Translations under genes and position numbers: made by a program
Notes under the pieces: model-generated
What the model was told of the DNA's origin: nothing
Databases searched by the model: none
What the model saw: the letters and a program-made list of their open reading frames with translations, nothing else
In this document: piece by piece, positions 45,946 to 54,543 of the stretch
Layout: every line of letters begins with the position of its first letter
Position numbering within the stretch: the stretch's first letter is position 1
Source of the DNA: Anaerolineales bacterium
GTDB taxonomy: Bacteria; Chloroflexota; Anaerolineae; Anaerolineales; Villigracilaceae
NCBI GenBank assembly: GCA_035720235.1
Contig: DASTOH010000130.1
Location: forward strand, 18,660-82,659
Direction of reading: 5' to 3'
DNA length: 64,000 nucleotides

Positions 45946-47560
45946 AGAGTATTTTTCCATCTTTCACGTGCCACACATCGGAGGCGAAGCGTTCGATGAA
46001 ATAGCGGTCGTGGACGACGGCGAGAATTGTCCCTTCGAAATTGCCGAGCGCTTCCTCAAAGCGCGCTCGCGAGGGGATGTCGAGATGGTTGATGGGTTCA
46101 TCGAGCAGCAGGAAGGTGCATCCTTGCGCCACGAGCAGACCCAGCTGCAGCCGGGCGCGTTCGCCGAAGGAAAGTTCAGAGGTGGGACGAAGGGCCGTGT
46201 CACCCTTGAAGAGGAAGTAGTGCAGGAAGTTGCGCGCCTCCGTTTCATTGAAGGATGCGATGTTTTGGACGGATTGCAGCGCACTGAGATTTGGATTCAC
46301 GAGTTCCTGTTCCTGACTCATATAACCCGGTTTCACGGTCATTCCCAGCCGCAAATTGCCAGCCAGCGGACGCAGTTTCCCGGCGATGGTACGGACCAGT
46401 GTCGTCTTGCCGCTTCCGTTGGGACCCGTAAACGCGATGCGCTGCCCGGCGCGGATATGCAGATTCAGATCTTCCAGCAATGGATTCTCCGGCGTGTAGC
46501 CAATTGAGAGGCTGTCAGTAATTAACACGTCTTTCGACTGGTGTGTTGATGTTCCGAAATCCAGTTTCATCTGCCAGTTTTGCATTGGCTTCTCTTTGCG
46601 GTCTTCCTGCAGCGTTTTCTCGATGCGCTTCTCAATTCGTAGAGCGCGCCGTGCGGTGTGGGTCGTGCGGTCGCCGAAGAAGCCTTTGGCAAACTTGTCG
46701 TTTGTATCGCCTTTGCCACCCTTTTTGAATTGCGAAATGCGCCGGAGGTGCCGCGCTGCATTGTGAAGCTTACGAAGTTCGATGATCTGGTCATTGTACT
46801 CGTCGTATTGCTTCTCGTATTCCTTTTGCTTGAAGTCCAGATAGTCGGTGTAATTTCCTGGATGGGCTTTAATCGTTTGAGTCCTGGGGTCGAGTTCGAG
46901 GATGGATGTAACCGTGTTATCCAAGAACGCGCGGTCGTGTGAGACGATGAGCGCCGCGCCCTGGAATCGATTTAGCCAGCCTTCGAGCCATTCGAGCATT
47001 TCGATGTCGAGATGGTTGGTCGGCTCATCGAGCAATAACAGATGCGGTTCCTCCAACAATACGCGCCCCAGCATGAGACGGGTCTTTTGTCCGCCGCTGA
47101 GGTGTTTGACGGGCGTGTCGAGGGGGAGGTCGGCGAGACCGAGGGGAGTCAGGATGGAGACTGGAGATTGAGGATTTGAGAATTGGAGAATTGTTGAATC
47201 GTATTTCGCCTGGAGGTGGGAATCGTTTGGATTGGAGGCCAGGGCAGAGGCCAGGGAGGCGATCTCAGTTTCGAGCTCAGTTTGGGAAACGGAGCTCAGG
47301 CTGAGGGTCGTCTGAAGCGTTTGTTCGGGGTCGAATGCCATTCCCTGGGCGAGATAGCCAATCCTGAGATTCTGGCGCGTCGAAGCGACAGTCCCTGAAT
47401 CGGGCCCTTCGAGTCCAGCCAGAATGCGCAGAAGGGTGGTCTTACCACAGCCATTTGGACCGATGAGGCCAACGCGTTCCTTATTGCTGATGCTGAACGA
47501 AATATCCTGGAGAATAGGCTGAATGCCGTAAGTTTTGTGGAGGTGGTGTGCGGTAAGCAT
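45938..47560 (-). CDS. ABC-F family ATPase (candidate ribosome-protection protein)
   Basis: two NBDs (GPNGCGKTT/LSGGQ/LDEPTNHLD; GPNGSGKTT/LSFGE/LDEPINHLD), no TMs, extended interdomain linker. Confidence 0.93.
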   Translation of the reverse strand: MLTAHHLHKTYGIQPILQDISFSISNKERVGLIGPNGCGKTTLLRILAGLEGPDSGTVASTRQNLRIGYLAQGMAFDPEQTLQTTLSLSSVSQTELETEIASLASALASNPNDSHLQAKYDSTILQFSNPQSPVSILTPLGLADLPLDTPVKHLSGGQKTRLMLGRVLLEEPHLLLLDEPTNHLDIEMLEWLEGWLNRFQGAALIVSHDRAFLDNTVTSILELDPRTQTIKAHPGNYTDYLDFKQKEYEKQYDEYNDQIIELRKLHNAARHLRRISQFKKGGKGDTNDKFAKGFFGDRTTHTARRALRIEKRIEKTLQEDRKEKPMQNWQMKLDFGTSTHQSKDVLITDSLSIGYTPENPLLEDLNLHIRAGQRIAFTGPNGSGKTTLVRTIAGKLRPLAGNLRLGMTVKPGYMSQEQELVNPNLSALQSVQNIASFNETEARNFLHYFLFKGDTALRPTSELSFGERARLQLGLLVAQGCTFLLLDEPINHLDIPSRARFEEALGNFEGTILAVVHDRYFIERFASDVWHVKDGKILSP

Positions 47561-47583
47561 GGTGAACCTGTAAATGAGTAATT

Positions 47584-47611
47584 AAAAACAAAAACCGAGG
47601 GCAAGCCTCGG
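47584..47611 (-). terminator. intrinsic terminator in the ABC-F leader
   Basis: minus strand CCGAGG-CTTGC-CCTCGG-TTTTTGTTTTT, ~25 nt before the ABC-F ATG. Confidence 0.85.
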
Positions 47612-47741
47612 CTGTTCATTTGAGACCTTACATGTCTTCGCTGGTGGTCGCAGTACGCGCGAGCGTTATGACTGGTGATGGCGCGGAAGAGACCTGTGAG
47701 GCCTTGAGTCAGCAGGTTAGTGCCCTGAAAATATCTATGGA

Positions 47742-47800
47742 TTACAGGTTGTCAGTCATTCGCGTCGCTCCTACTAATTACGGACCGGCACATTATATCA
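47742..47800 (-). promoter_or_regulatory. extended -10 promoter, SD and leader uORF MTDNL
   Basis: TGATATAAT (47800-47792), AGGAG (47772-47768), ATG ACT GAC AAC CTG TAA (47759-47742). Confidence 0.75.
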
Positions 47801-47900
47801 TCGATTCATAGGAGATTCCCTGATAGGGGTAGGCGCATCCCTCCTTGAGCGTACCCCGTGAAGCCTGTATAGTTCAAAAACCGGTACTCGTTTTGAAATT

Positions 47901-48404
47901 ATGATTTCCTCGAACTCAAGTCTGACTTACCCGTGGCGCGATCTGTTTAGGGGGGCAATTGCAGGCTCTGTTGCGACGGTCCCGATGACAATTTCGATGT
48001 TGATTGGGTGGAGGCTGCTGCCCAGGCGTGAGAGATATCCCTTGCCGCCGCGTGAGATCACGGAGGAGCTTGCTGAACGGGTTGGTAAAGTAGATGAGCT
48101 GACCGAGAACCAACTCATCGCAACCACGCTATTTTCTCACTTTGCCTATGGCGCGGTGTCAGGTTCCGTGTATGCATTGCTTGAAAAACGCATTTCAGTG
48201 GGAGGTAGATTGAAAGGTGTGCTGGCTGGACTGATCCTCTGGGCAGGGAGTTATCTGGGTTGGTTGCCGGCGATCGGAGTTTTCAAGCCCGCCACCCAGC
48301 ATCCGTGGCGCAGAAATCTGTTGATGATTCTGGCGCACGTGGTGTGGGGTATGACTCTGGAGCAGATTACCCAGACGCTTCAATCGGGCAAACGATATAT
48401 ATGA
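47901..48404 (+). CDS. DUF1440/DUF6789-like membrane protein
   Basis: GAIAGSVATVPMT, PP..IT, HFAYGA, WAGSYLGWLP, AHVVWG. Confidence 0.75.
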   Translation: MISSNSSLTYPWRDLFRGAIAGSVATVPMTISMLIGWRLLPRRERYPLPPREITEELAERVGKVDELTENQLIATTLFSHFAYGAVSGSVYALLEKRISVGGRLKGVLAGLILWAGSYLGWLPAIGVFKPATQHPWRRNLLMILAHVVWGMTLEQITQTLQSGKRYI

Positions 48405-48419
48405 AAAGGAGCAGATGAC

Positions 48420-49274
48420 ATGCAGACACCCATCGTCTCACGCCGGATCAATGTTGGCGCCTTTGAGCGTGGGCTTTCCTTTGCAAGTGGTCTGGCGTTA
48501 GTTAGCTATATTTTGAGGCGTAGGCCGCGTCTGAGCCTTCCATTGAGCCTTGACGCGGGCTACTTGATCTACCGCGGGTTAACCGGTCATTGCGTGGTTT
48601 ATCAAAGGCTGGGAATCAATCGGGTCGAAGGAGTTGGAGAACGCGGAATCCAGGTGAAGCGCTCAGTGACCGTCAATCGTCCCCGAGACGAACTCTTTCG
48701 GATCTGGCGAAATGCTGAAAATCTGCCGCGCTTCATGAAACATCTGAAATCTGTGAAGATGGATAGGGCCGACAATGGACGGTCGCATTGGGTGGCGACT
48801 GCCCCTCTGGGCCGAGAAATTGAATGGGACGCAGAAATCATCGAAGAACGTGAGAATGAATATCTGGCGTGGAGTTCACTGCCTGGCTCTGTGGTGGAAA
48901 GCCGGGGCAGCGTCCATTTTGTGGATGCGCCTGGTGGGCGCGGGACGATCCTGTATGTGTCGATGGAATACCAGCCGCCAGCCGGCTCGGCGGGCGCGGC
49001 TTTTGCCAGGTTGTTTGGTCAGGAGCCCGGTCAACAGATACGCGAAGACCTGCGTCGTTTCAAGCAGACCATGGAGACCGGTGAAACGCCCACAGTAGAG
49101 GGACAATCTTCAGGGCGCAATCGAAAGTTTGAGAAATCCATTCCTGAACGGGAACGCGAGCGCGAATTGGAGGATGTGGTCGAGGTCACCTCTGAAAGCT
49201 CGTTCCCAGCCAGTGATCCTCCAGGCTGGGTTTCGAGCAAACGAAAGAAAGCGAATGAAAGGAGTGCTGCATGA
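48420..49274 (+). CDS. SRPBCC/cyclase protein with N-terminal DUF2892-like TM region
   Basis: [46 protein letters not shown]; C-terminal [11 protein letters not shown]. Confidence 0.88.
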   Translation: MQTPIVSRRINVGAFERGLSFASGLALVSYILRRRPRLSLPLSLDAGYLIYRGLTGHCVVYQRLGINRVEGVGERGIQVKRSVTVNRPRDELFRIWRNAENLPRFMKHLKSVKMDRADNGRSHWVATAPLGREIEWDAEIIEERENEYLAWSSLPGSVVESRGSVHFVDAPGGRGTILYVSMEYQPPAGSAGAAFARLFGQEPGQQIREDLRRFKQTMETGETPTVEGQSSGRNRKFEKSIPERERERELEDVVEVTSESSFPASDPPGWVSSKRKKANERSAA

Positions 49275-50476
49275 AAGCCGTTTGTTGGAATGGCGTGATG
49301 GATGTGCGTGTTGAAGAAGTCCCCGACCCGAAACTGCTCAACCCACGCGATGCCATCATACGGGTCACTTCCACCGCGATTTGTGGCTCAGACCTACATC
49401 TTTACAATGGTTATATCCCAACGATGAAACGTGGAGATATCCTGGGGCACGAGTTCATGGGGGAGGTGGTAGAAGTTGCCAACGAAGTGAAGAATTTATC
49501 CATAGGTGATCGCGTGGTGGTCCCATTTCCGATTGCCTGTGGTCAGTGTTTCTTTTGCAAGGAAGGTCTTTGGGCGCTGTGTGACAACTCGAATCCCAAT
49601 GCCTCCCTGGCTGAGGCGATGTATGGACATGCACCAGCGGGGATATTTGGCTACTCTCATCTGATGGGCGGCTACGCGGGCGGACAGGCGGAGTATGTGC
49701 GCGTGCCGTTTGCGGATGTGGGGCCGTTCAAGATCGAAGATGGTTTCAGCGATGAGCAGGTGCTCTTTCTCACGGACATTTTCCCAACTGGGTATATGGC
49801 CGCAGAAAACGCAAACATCCGGCCAGGCGATACGGTTGCCGTTTGGGGTTGTGGGCCTGTCGGCCAGCTGGTCATCCAAAGCGCCTGGACATTTAACCCG
49901 GCGCGGGTGATCGCCATTGATCGTTATCCTGAACGCCTGCAGATGGCGGAGAAGTATGGCCGGGCGGAAGTTTTCAACTATGAGGGCGTGGACGTGGTGG
50001 AAACGCTCAAGCAGATGACTGGCGGCATGGGTCCGGATGTGTGTATCGATGCAGTGGGCATGGAAGCTCACAAACATGGCCTGGAGGGTATCTATGACCT
50101 TGCCAAGCAGACCGCGCGCATCGAAACGGACCGCCCGCACGTGTTGCGCGAAGCGATCCAGGCTTGCCGTAAGGGAGGGACAATCTCACTGGCTGGAGTA
50201 TACGGTGGTTTCGTTGACAAGGTGCCGATGGGTGCGGCCTTCAATAAGGGACTGACCTTTAAGATGGGTCAGACACACGTCCACCGGTATTTGAAACCGC
50301 TGTTTGACCTCATCGCAAGTGGCAAAGTCGACCCTTCATTCATCGTGACGCACGTCTTTCCGTTGGACAAAGCGCCCGAGGCCTACGAGATCTTCAAGCA
50401 CAAACATGATGGGTGTGTGAAGGTGGTGATGAAGCCGCAAGAAGACAATAACACCAACTCATCAAGGCGCGATTGA
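49271..50476 (+). CDS. zinc-dependent alcohol/formaldehyde dehydrogenase (FDH-like)
   Basis: [51 protein letters not shown]; ATGA overlap with SRPBCC. Confidence 0.93.
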   Translation: MKAVCWNGVMDVRVEEVPDPKLLNPRDAIIRVTSTAICGSDLHLYNGYIPTMKRGDILGHEFMGEVVEVANEVKNLSIGDRVVVPFPIACGQCFFCKEGLWALCDNSNPNASLAEAMYGHAPAGIFGYSHLMGGYAGGQAEYVRVPFADVGPFKIEDGFSDEQVLFLTDIFPTGYMAAENANIRPGDTVAVWGCGPVGQLVIQSAWTFNPARVIAIDRYPERLQMAEKYGRAEVFNYEGVDVVETLKQMTGGMGPDVCIDAVGMEAHKHGLEGIYDLAKQTARIETDRPHVLREAIQACRKGGTISLAGVYGGFVDKVPMGAAFNKGLTFKMGQTHVHRYLKPLFDLIASGKVDPSFIVTHVFPLDKAPEAYEIFKHKHDGCVKVVMKPQEDNNTNSSRRD

Positions 50477-50530
50477 TATTGCTACCGGGTCGATAAAAAA
50501 CGCGAAAGGAGTAAAGGGGTTTGTAGACGC

Positions 50531-50827
50531 CTATGCACTGGCAGTACCGCCATAAGTTCGGGCGATCTCTGCACCGAGGTGAAATACTACCGTTTGGGTT
50601 TCCCCCGGAGTGATTGTTCTGAAGTATGAGTATGCTACTTTTTGTGGTGAATATATTGGGTCAATATCCATGGTGGGATTTGTTGAGATAACGGTTGTGC
50701 CGTCCAGGATAGCGGCTCTAACAATCTCATCTAATACGATGTGCCATATATAAACAGGCTCTGCTTTCTGATTTGTCATGGTAATGACTAGGTCGAATTC
50801 ATCTCCCAGTTGAACGGAGGTTGGCAT
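50531..50827 (-). pseudogene. probable gene fragment (Ig-like beta-sandwich)
   Basis: starts mid-domain with no signal peptide or SD, ends abruptly, AT-richer segment. Confidence 0.4.
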
Positions 50828-50874
50828 GGAGTAATTTGCATCTAGGCAAATTAGGTTTCGTCAGCTTAACGTGA

Positions 50875-51720
50875 TCAAGGAAATTTCGGGCAGACGATGA
50901 CAAGGTATTTTTCCCCATTTTGCTCTACCCAGCGAAGTGCGGGGACATGTTTGAGTTGTTCCATGAGGAAAGATAAGAGTTCTCCAGATATGACTTGTGG
51001 TTTGGAAGTCGCCAGATCGGTGAGCAAATTCTCCAGGTTGATTTCATCAACCGGCCATTTCAAAACAGGAGGCTCGGGTGTGGGATTGGCGAGGCCAAGA
51101 CTAAAGTTCTGTTCCAGGTACACCCAAAGGTTTATGCTTTCGGGGAGATAGAGTTGTAGATTATCTGGTCTGTAATTATCAAGAAGCTCGCGAGTTTTGG
51201 TCACAGGCTCGACCAAATAATCTGATTGGCCAGGCGTGATCGTGATAGTTTTCGCATTGACTGTTATTGAGCCACCCCACGGGTTGACAGAAGATGGCGG
51301 AGGATCATCTTGGGTGTATTGATCCCCATCTCCGGTTAAGGAAGGGAAGCCTGTCGCCTCAATTTCCGACAACAATGTATCAATTTCTGCCCGGCTGATT
51401 CTTGTCTCCCAATACCGACCTTCATCAAATCTGATCAACTGACCATTCCGATGTAGGACAAATCGATGGCTGTCGTGCGCATCTAGGCAGGCTGAAATTT
51501 CATCCATGCCGTCGCTTGCGTCTATGATGAATGAAACGATCACATCATCATTGGATAATGGATTCGATGTTGAAGTCGGTTCAAGTCTGGGTGTGTTGGT
51601 TGGAAGAAGTGTCTGAGGCGCATTTCCAGTGGGCATGTTCGTGGGGGATGCTGTGCAGCCGGAGCAAAAAAGAATTAGGCTTGAAATGAATGCAAATATA
51701 TGCGATGATTTGAGGTTCAT
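50875..51720 (-). CDS. hypothetical lipoprotein
   Basis: lipobox FCSGC, T/P-rich linker, globular C-terminal region. Confidence 0.75.
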   Translation of the reverse strand: MNLKSSHIFAFISSLILFCSGCTASPTNMPTGNAPQTLLPTNTPRLEPTSTSNPLSNDDVIVSFIIDASDGMDEISACLDAHDSHRFVLHRNGQLIRFDEGRYWETRISRAEIDTLLSEIEATGFPSLTGDGDQYTQDDPPPSSVNPWGGSITVNAKTITITPGQSDYLVEPVTKTRELLDNYRPDNLQLYLPESINLWVYLEQNFSLGLANPTPEPPVLKWPVDEINLENLLTDLATSKPQVISGELLSFLMEQLKHVPALRWVEQNGEKYLVIVCPKFP

Positions 51721-51877
51721 CGACGGGCCTCATTTATGATCCGGGATCATAAGCGCTGTACCAAAAAATTATAACGACCACTCGGCCTGGATGCCTGCAA
51801 TGGTTGAATTTGTGTCAGCATTTCGGGTGGAATATTCTTGGGGGATGCCAGATTCGATTCAACTTAACTGAATACAC

Positions 51878-51904
51878 AAAAACCCTGTTGATGCAGGGCT
51901 CTTT
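51878..51904 (-). terminator. terminator after the HU gene
   Basis: minus strand CCCTG-CATCAA-CAGGG-TTTTT. Confidence 0.65.
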
Positions 51905-51927
51905 GTACTGTGCATTACGATGGAAAA

Positions 51928-52230
51928 TTAGACGGCGTCCTTGAGGGCTTTGACCGGGCGCGCTTTGATCACCTTGCGTTCGGGCCTGGCCTTGAACATG
52001 GTCTTCTCTTTTGTGAAGGGATTGATGCCTTCATGTTCAGGTACGGCGGGTTTTGTAACTGTTGACAACTTCAACAAGCCTGGGACCATCACTTCGTTCT
52101 GCGCTTTGAGCTCCTCATAAATAACATCATTTAGCGCATCCAGGACAGTGTTCACCTGTTTCTTCTCTAATCCACTCCGGGTTGCCACAGCGTCCACAAG
52201 CTCGGTCTTGCTCATTCTTTTTCCGGCCAT
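51928..52230 (-). CDS. HU-family DNA-binding protein
   Basis: MSKTELVDAVA, PGLLKL, GINPFTKE, KARPVKALKDAV; SD AAGGAGG. Confidence 0.93.
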   Translation of the reverse strand: MAGKRMSKTELVDAVATRSGLEKKQVNTVLDALNDVIYEELKAQNEVMVPGLLKLSTVTKPAVPEHEGINPFTKEKTMFKARPERKVIKARPVKALKDAV

Positions 52231-52381
52231 TGCGTCCTCCTTCGGGGATTGGGTTTACTATCAATATCCAGCAGATTGAATGACTGCCTACAAGTATACT
52301 TTATTGTCAGGCAAGTCGGTAAATTTTAAGGATCGCATAACCGGCGAGTGAGTTCCTGAAATTTCCGCTGTTAGGCTGGTT

Positions 52382-52675
52382 TCATTCCTGATGAACCAAT
52401 CCATAATAACTCCCACTCGGCGCGGATGCCAGCAACGGTCTGATCTCAGCTAGCTTTTCAGGTGGAATGTTTTTCACGGATGCCTGATGCGATTCGATAT
52501 TGTCCCAAACTTCGATCATGGTGAATCTGGTTGGCTCCTCTTGAGATTGATACAACGTGACAGACTCGCATCCCTTTGAGGATTTGATCATTGGCATGAT
52601 CGATATGAGGAAGTCACGCAAGGCCTGGGTGGTCTCGGCCTTGGCTTCTGTTTCGCCAATTCTTGTTATGGACAT
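52382..52675 (-). CDS. antibiotic biosynthesis monooxygenase (ABM) family protein
   Basis: KGCESVTLYQS, FTMIEVWDNIESHQAS. Confidence 0.85.
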   Translation of the reverse strand: MSITRIGETEAKAETTQALRDFLISIMPMIKSSKGCESVTLYQSQEEPTRFTMIEVWDNIESHQASVKNIPPEKLAEIRPLLASAPSGSYYGLVHQE

Positions 52676-52688
52676 TTGAAATCCATTT

Positions 52689-52751
52689 TAGCCACGAATT
52701 TACATGGATTGAAAGAGAAAGATCTGTACCAATCAGTGAAATCTGTGGCTA
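52689..52751. repeat. inverted array of ~10-nt units
   Basis: TAGCCACgaatttacatggatt ... atctgtaccaatcagtgaaatctGTGGCTA. Confidence 0.65.
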
Positions 52752-53417
52752 GGGTTTGTCTTCACAATTCTCGTCATCACAACAATCTTCCATCCCCGCG
52801 GCTTTTTCGAAGGCTTCTTTCCCTTCACTGTACGAAAACCATATCAATCCCAGTGCGCCGATGGAATCAACGAAGCCGAAACCGGTCAGTTCATAGACCA
52901 AACTTGAGGCCAGCAGAACCACCGACATGTAAATGCACACCATGGTACAGTTTGCATCAGAGAGGATGGGCTGCGAATTGAGCTCGTGTCCCACTTTGCG
53001 TTTTCCGGTTACCAGTAGCCACATCATCGCGATGGAGATGATCGAGATAATGAGACCGGGGAGGGTGGTCTCCGGCTTGTGCCCGGTGACGACGTTGTAA
53101 ATGGCTGTCAACGCCAGCCCGGCGACCAATAAATAGAAGGACGTGCCTGTTACCCTCAGGGCCGTCCGTTCAAATTGCGAGCGCGGGGTATTCGGGTTCT
53201 GTCTGATGCGCAGGACCATGGCCAGAATGCCGATGCCTGACATGACCTCGATGAACGAGTCCACGCCGAAGCCGAACAGGGTCAGGGCTTCATCCGAAAT
53301 GCCAAAGAAGATGGAGATCAGCCCTTCGGCCAGGTTATAAAAGATGGTGAACAACGCCAGCCAGAGGGCATAGGTCCAGTATCGGTTTGGGTCTTTTGTT
53401 TGTGCAAGAGTTGCCAT
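52749..53417 (-). CDS. cation efflux (CDF-like) transporter, TM domain only
   Basis: YNLAEG, FGVDSFIE, ILSDANCT..C, FVDSIGAL; C-terminal DCCDDENC; start MATLAQ at 53417. Confidence 0.85.
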   Translation of the reverse strand: MATLAQTKDPNRYWTYALWLALFTIFYNLAEGLISIFFGISDEALTLFGFGVDSFIEVMSGIGILAMVLRIRQNPNTPRSQFERTALRVTGTSFYLLVAGLALTAIYNVVTGHKPETTLPGLIISIISIAMMWLLVTGKRKVGHELNSQPILSDANCTMVCIYMSVVLLASSLVYELTGFGFVDSIGALGLIWFSYSEGKEAFEKAAGMEDCCDDENCEDKP

Positions 53418-53461
53418 AAGGTGTTCCTTTGACTTCGCAGGCTCTGCCTCAGCAGGCTCAA

Positions 53462-53612
53462 GCCGCCGTCCTTCGCGAAGCATACCCGCAGGGTGCGGCG
53501 GCGTTTTTGTCAATAAATCCTGCGCCGACCCCATCGGGGATGCTCATCTGCACTCACCGGCATGATTTGAAAAAATCATGCCAGGTGCAAGTGTCGCGAA
53601 GGATGGCGCAGG
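53462..53612. repeat. two adjacent nested palindromic elements (up to four layers)
   Basis: GCCGCCG..CGGCGGC around tcgcgaagcatacccgcagggtg; CCTGCGCC..GGCGCAGG around ccccatcggggatgct[catctgcac..GGCATGATTT-gaaa-AAATCATGCC..gtgcaagtg]tcgcgaagga. Confidence 0.8.
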
Positions 53613-53696
53613 GAGCAAGCTGGGTGTAATGTTACTCGAAAAGGGATAAAATCGGGATGGCCCCATTTCGGCGTTTCAGCCTTTCCGGGAAAATCC

Positions 53697-54095
53697 ATGA
53701 AGAAGATTTCTATCGTATTCCTGTTGAGCCTGTCATTCCTGCTGGTCTCCTGCGGCGCACCCACCACCATTGATCTCACCATGTCGGATTATCACTTTGA
53801 GCCAGAGACAGTCACCGTCCCGGCGGGCAAGGAAATTACGATCCACATAGACAACAAGGGATTTGTCTCCCATCAATTTGTCATTTTCAGACTGGGCACC
53901 GATGCAGGTAGCAAGATCGGGCCTGAAGATGAGGAGAATATCTATTGGCGTTTCGAAGTACTTCCCGGTCATTCCAATTCGGCCGCGTTTATTGCGCCAT
54001 CTGAACCAGGCGAATACTATGTCACCTGTGGTATCGTAGGGCATCTCGAGGCCGGGATGTTTGGTACCCTCATTGTCATCGATCAAGATTCGTAA
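53697..54095 (+). CDS. type-1 blue-copper (cupredoxin) lipoprotein
   Basis: lipobox LLVSC; HQFVI and CGIVGHLEAGM (His/Cys/His/Met ligands). Confidence 0.9.
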   Translation: MKKISIVFLLSLSFLLVSCGAPTTIDLTMSDYHFEPETVTVPAGKEITIHIDNKGFVSHQFVIFRLGTDAGSKIGPEDEENIYWRFEVLPGHSNSAAFIAPSEPGEYYVTCGIVGHLEAGMFGTLIVIDQDS

Positions 54096-54108
54096 AAGGA
54101 GTTACTTG

Positions 54109-54516
54109 ATGAATACAAAATGGTTTGTGCTGGTTCTGTTCATGTCGATGGTTTTGGCTGCCTGTGGTGGAGGACAACCGTCCACTACGATTGATGTCAC
54201 CATGACTGACTTCCAGTTCACGCCGAATACCTTTACGGTCCCCGCGGGGCAAGAGATTACGCTCAATGTTCTCAATAATGGAGCGGTCGTACATAATTTC
54301 GTCGTCATGAAACTCGGCACAAGTGCAGGCGAGGCTTTCGATGATGAAGATCAGGCGAATGTATTTTGGGAGGAAAGAGATATACCAGCTGGCGGCGATT
54401 TGAGTGTGGCTTTCACCGCCCCAACCGAACCAGGTGAATATCAGGTCGTTTGCAGGACGGCGGGTCATATTGCCTCCGGGATGGTGGGAAAGCTCGTGGT
54501 GGTGACGGGCGAGTAG
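54109..54516 (+). CDS. type-1 blue-copper (cupredoxin) lipoprotein, paralog
   Basis: SD AAGGAG; lipobox VLAAC; HNFVV and CRTAGHIASGM. Confidence 0.9.
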   Translation: MNTKWFVLVLFMSMVLAACGGGQPSTTIDVTMTDFQFTPNTFTVPAGQEITLNVLNNGAVVHNFVVMKLGTSAGEAFDDEDQANVFWEERDIPAGGDLSVAFTAPTEPGEYQVVCRTAGHIASGMVGKLVVVTGE

Positions 54517-54543
54517 ATCCGACCCCGGAAATTTGGGAGATCT

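Noticed and set aside
53418-53534. N-terminal extension of the CDF ORF (similar extensions at 45834-45887, 39936-39995 and 18824-18856)
   Set aside because: Extensions are translations of intergenic repeats; downstream ATGs match the family N-termini
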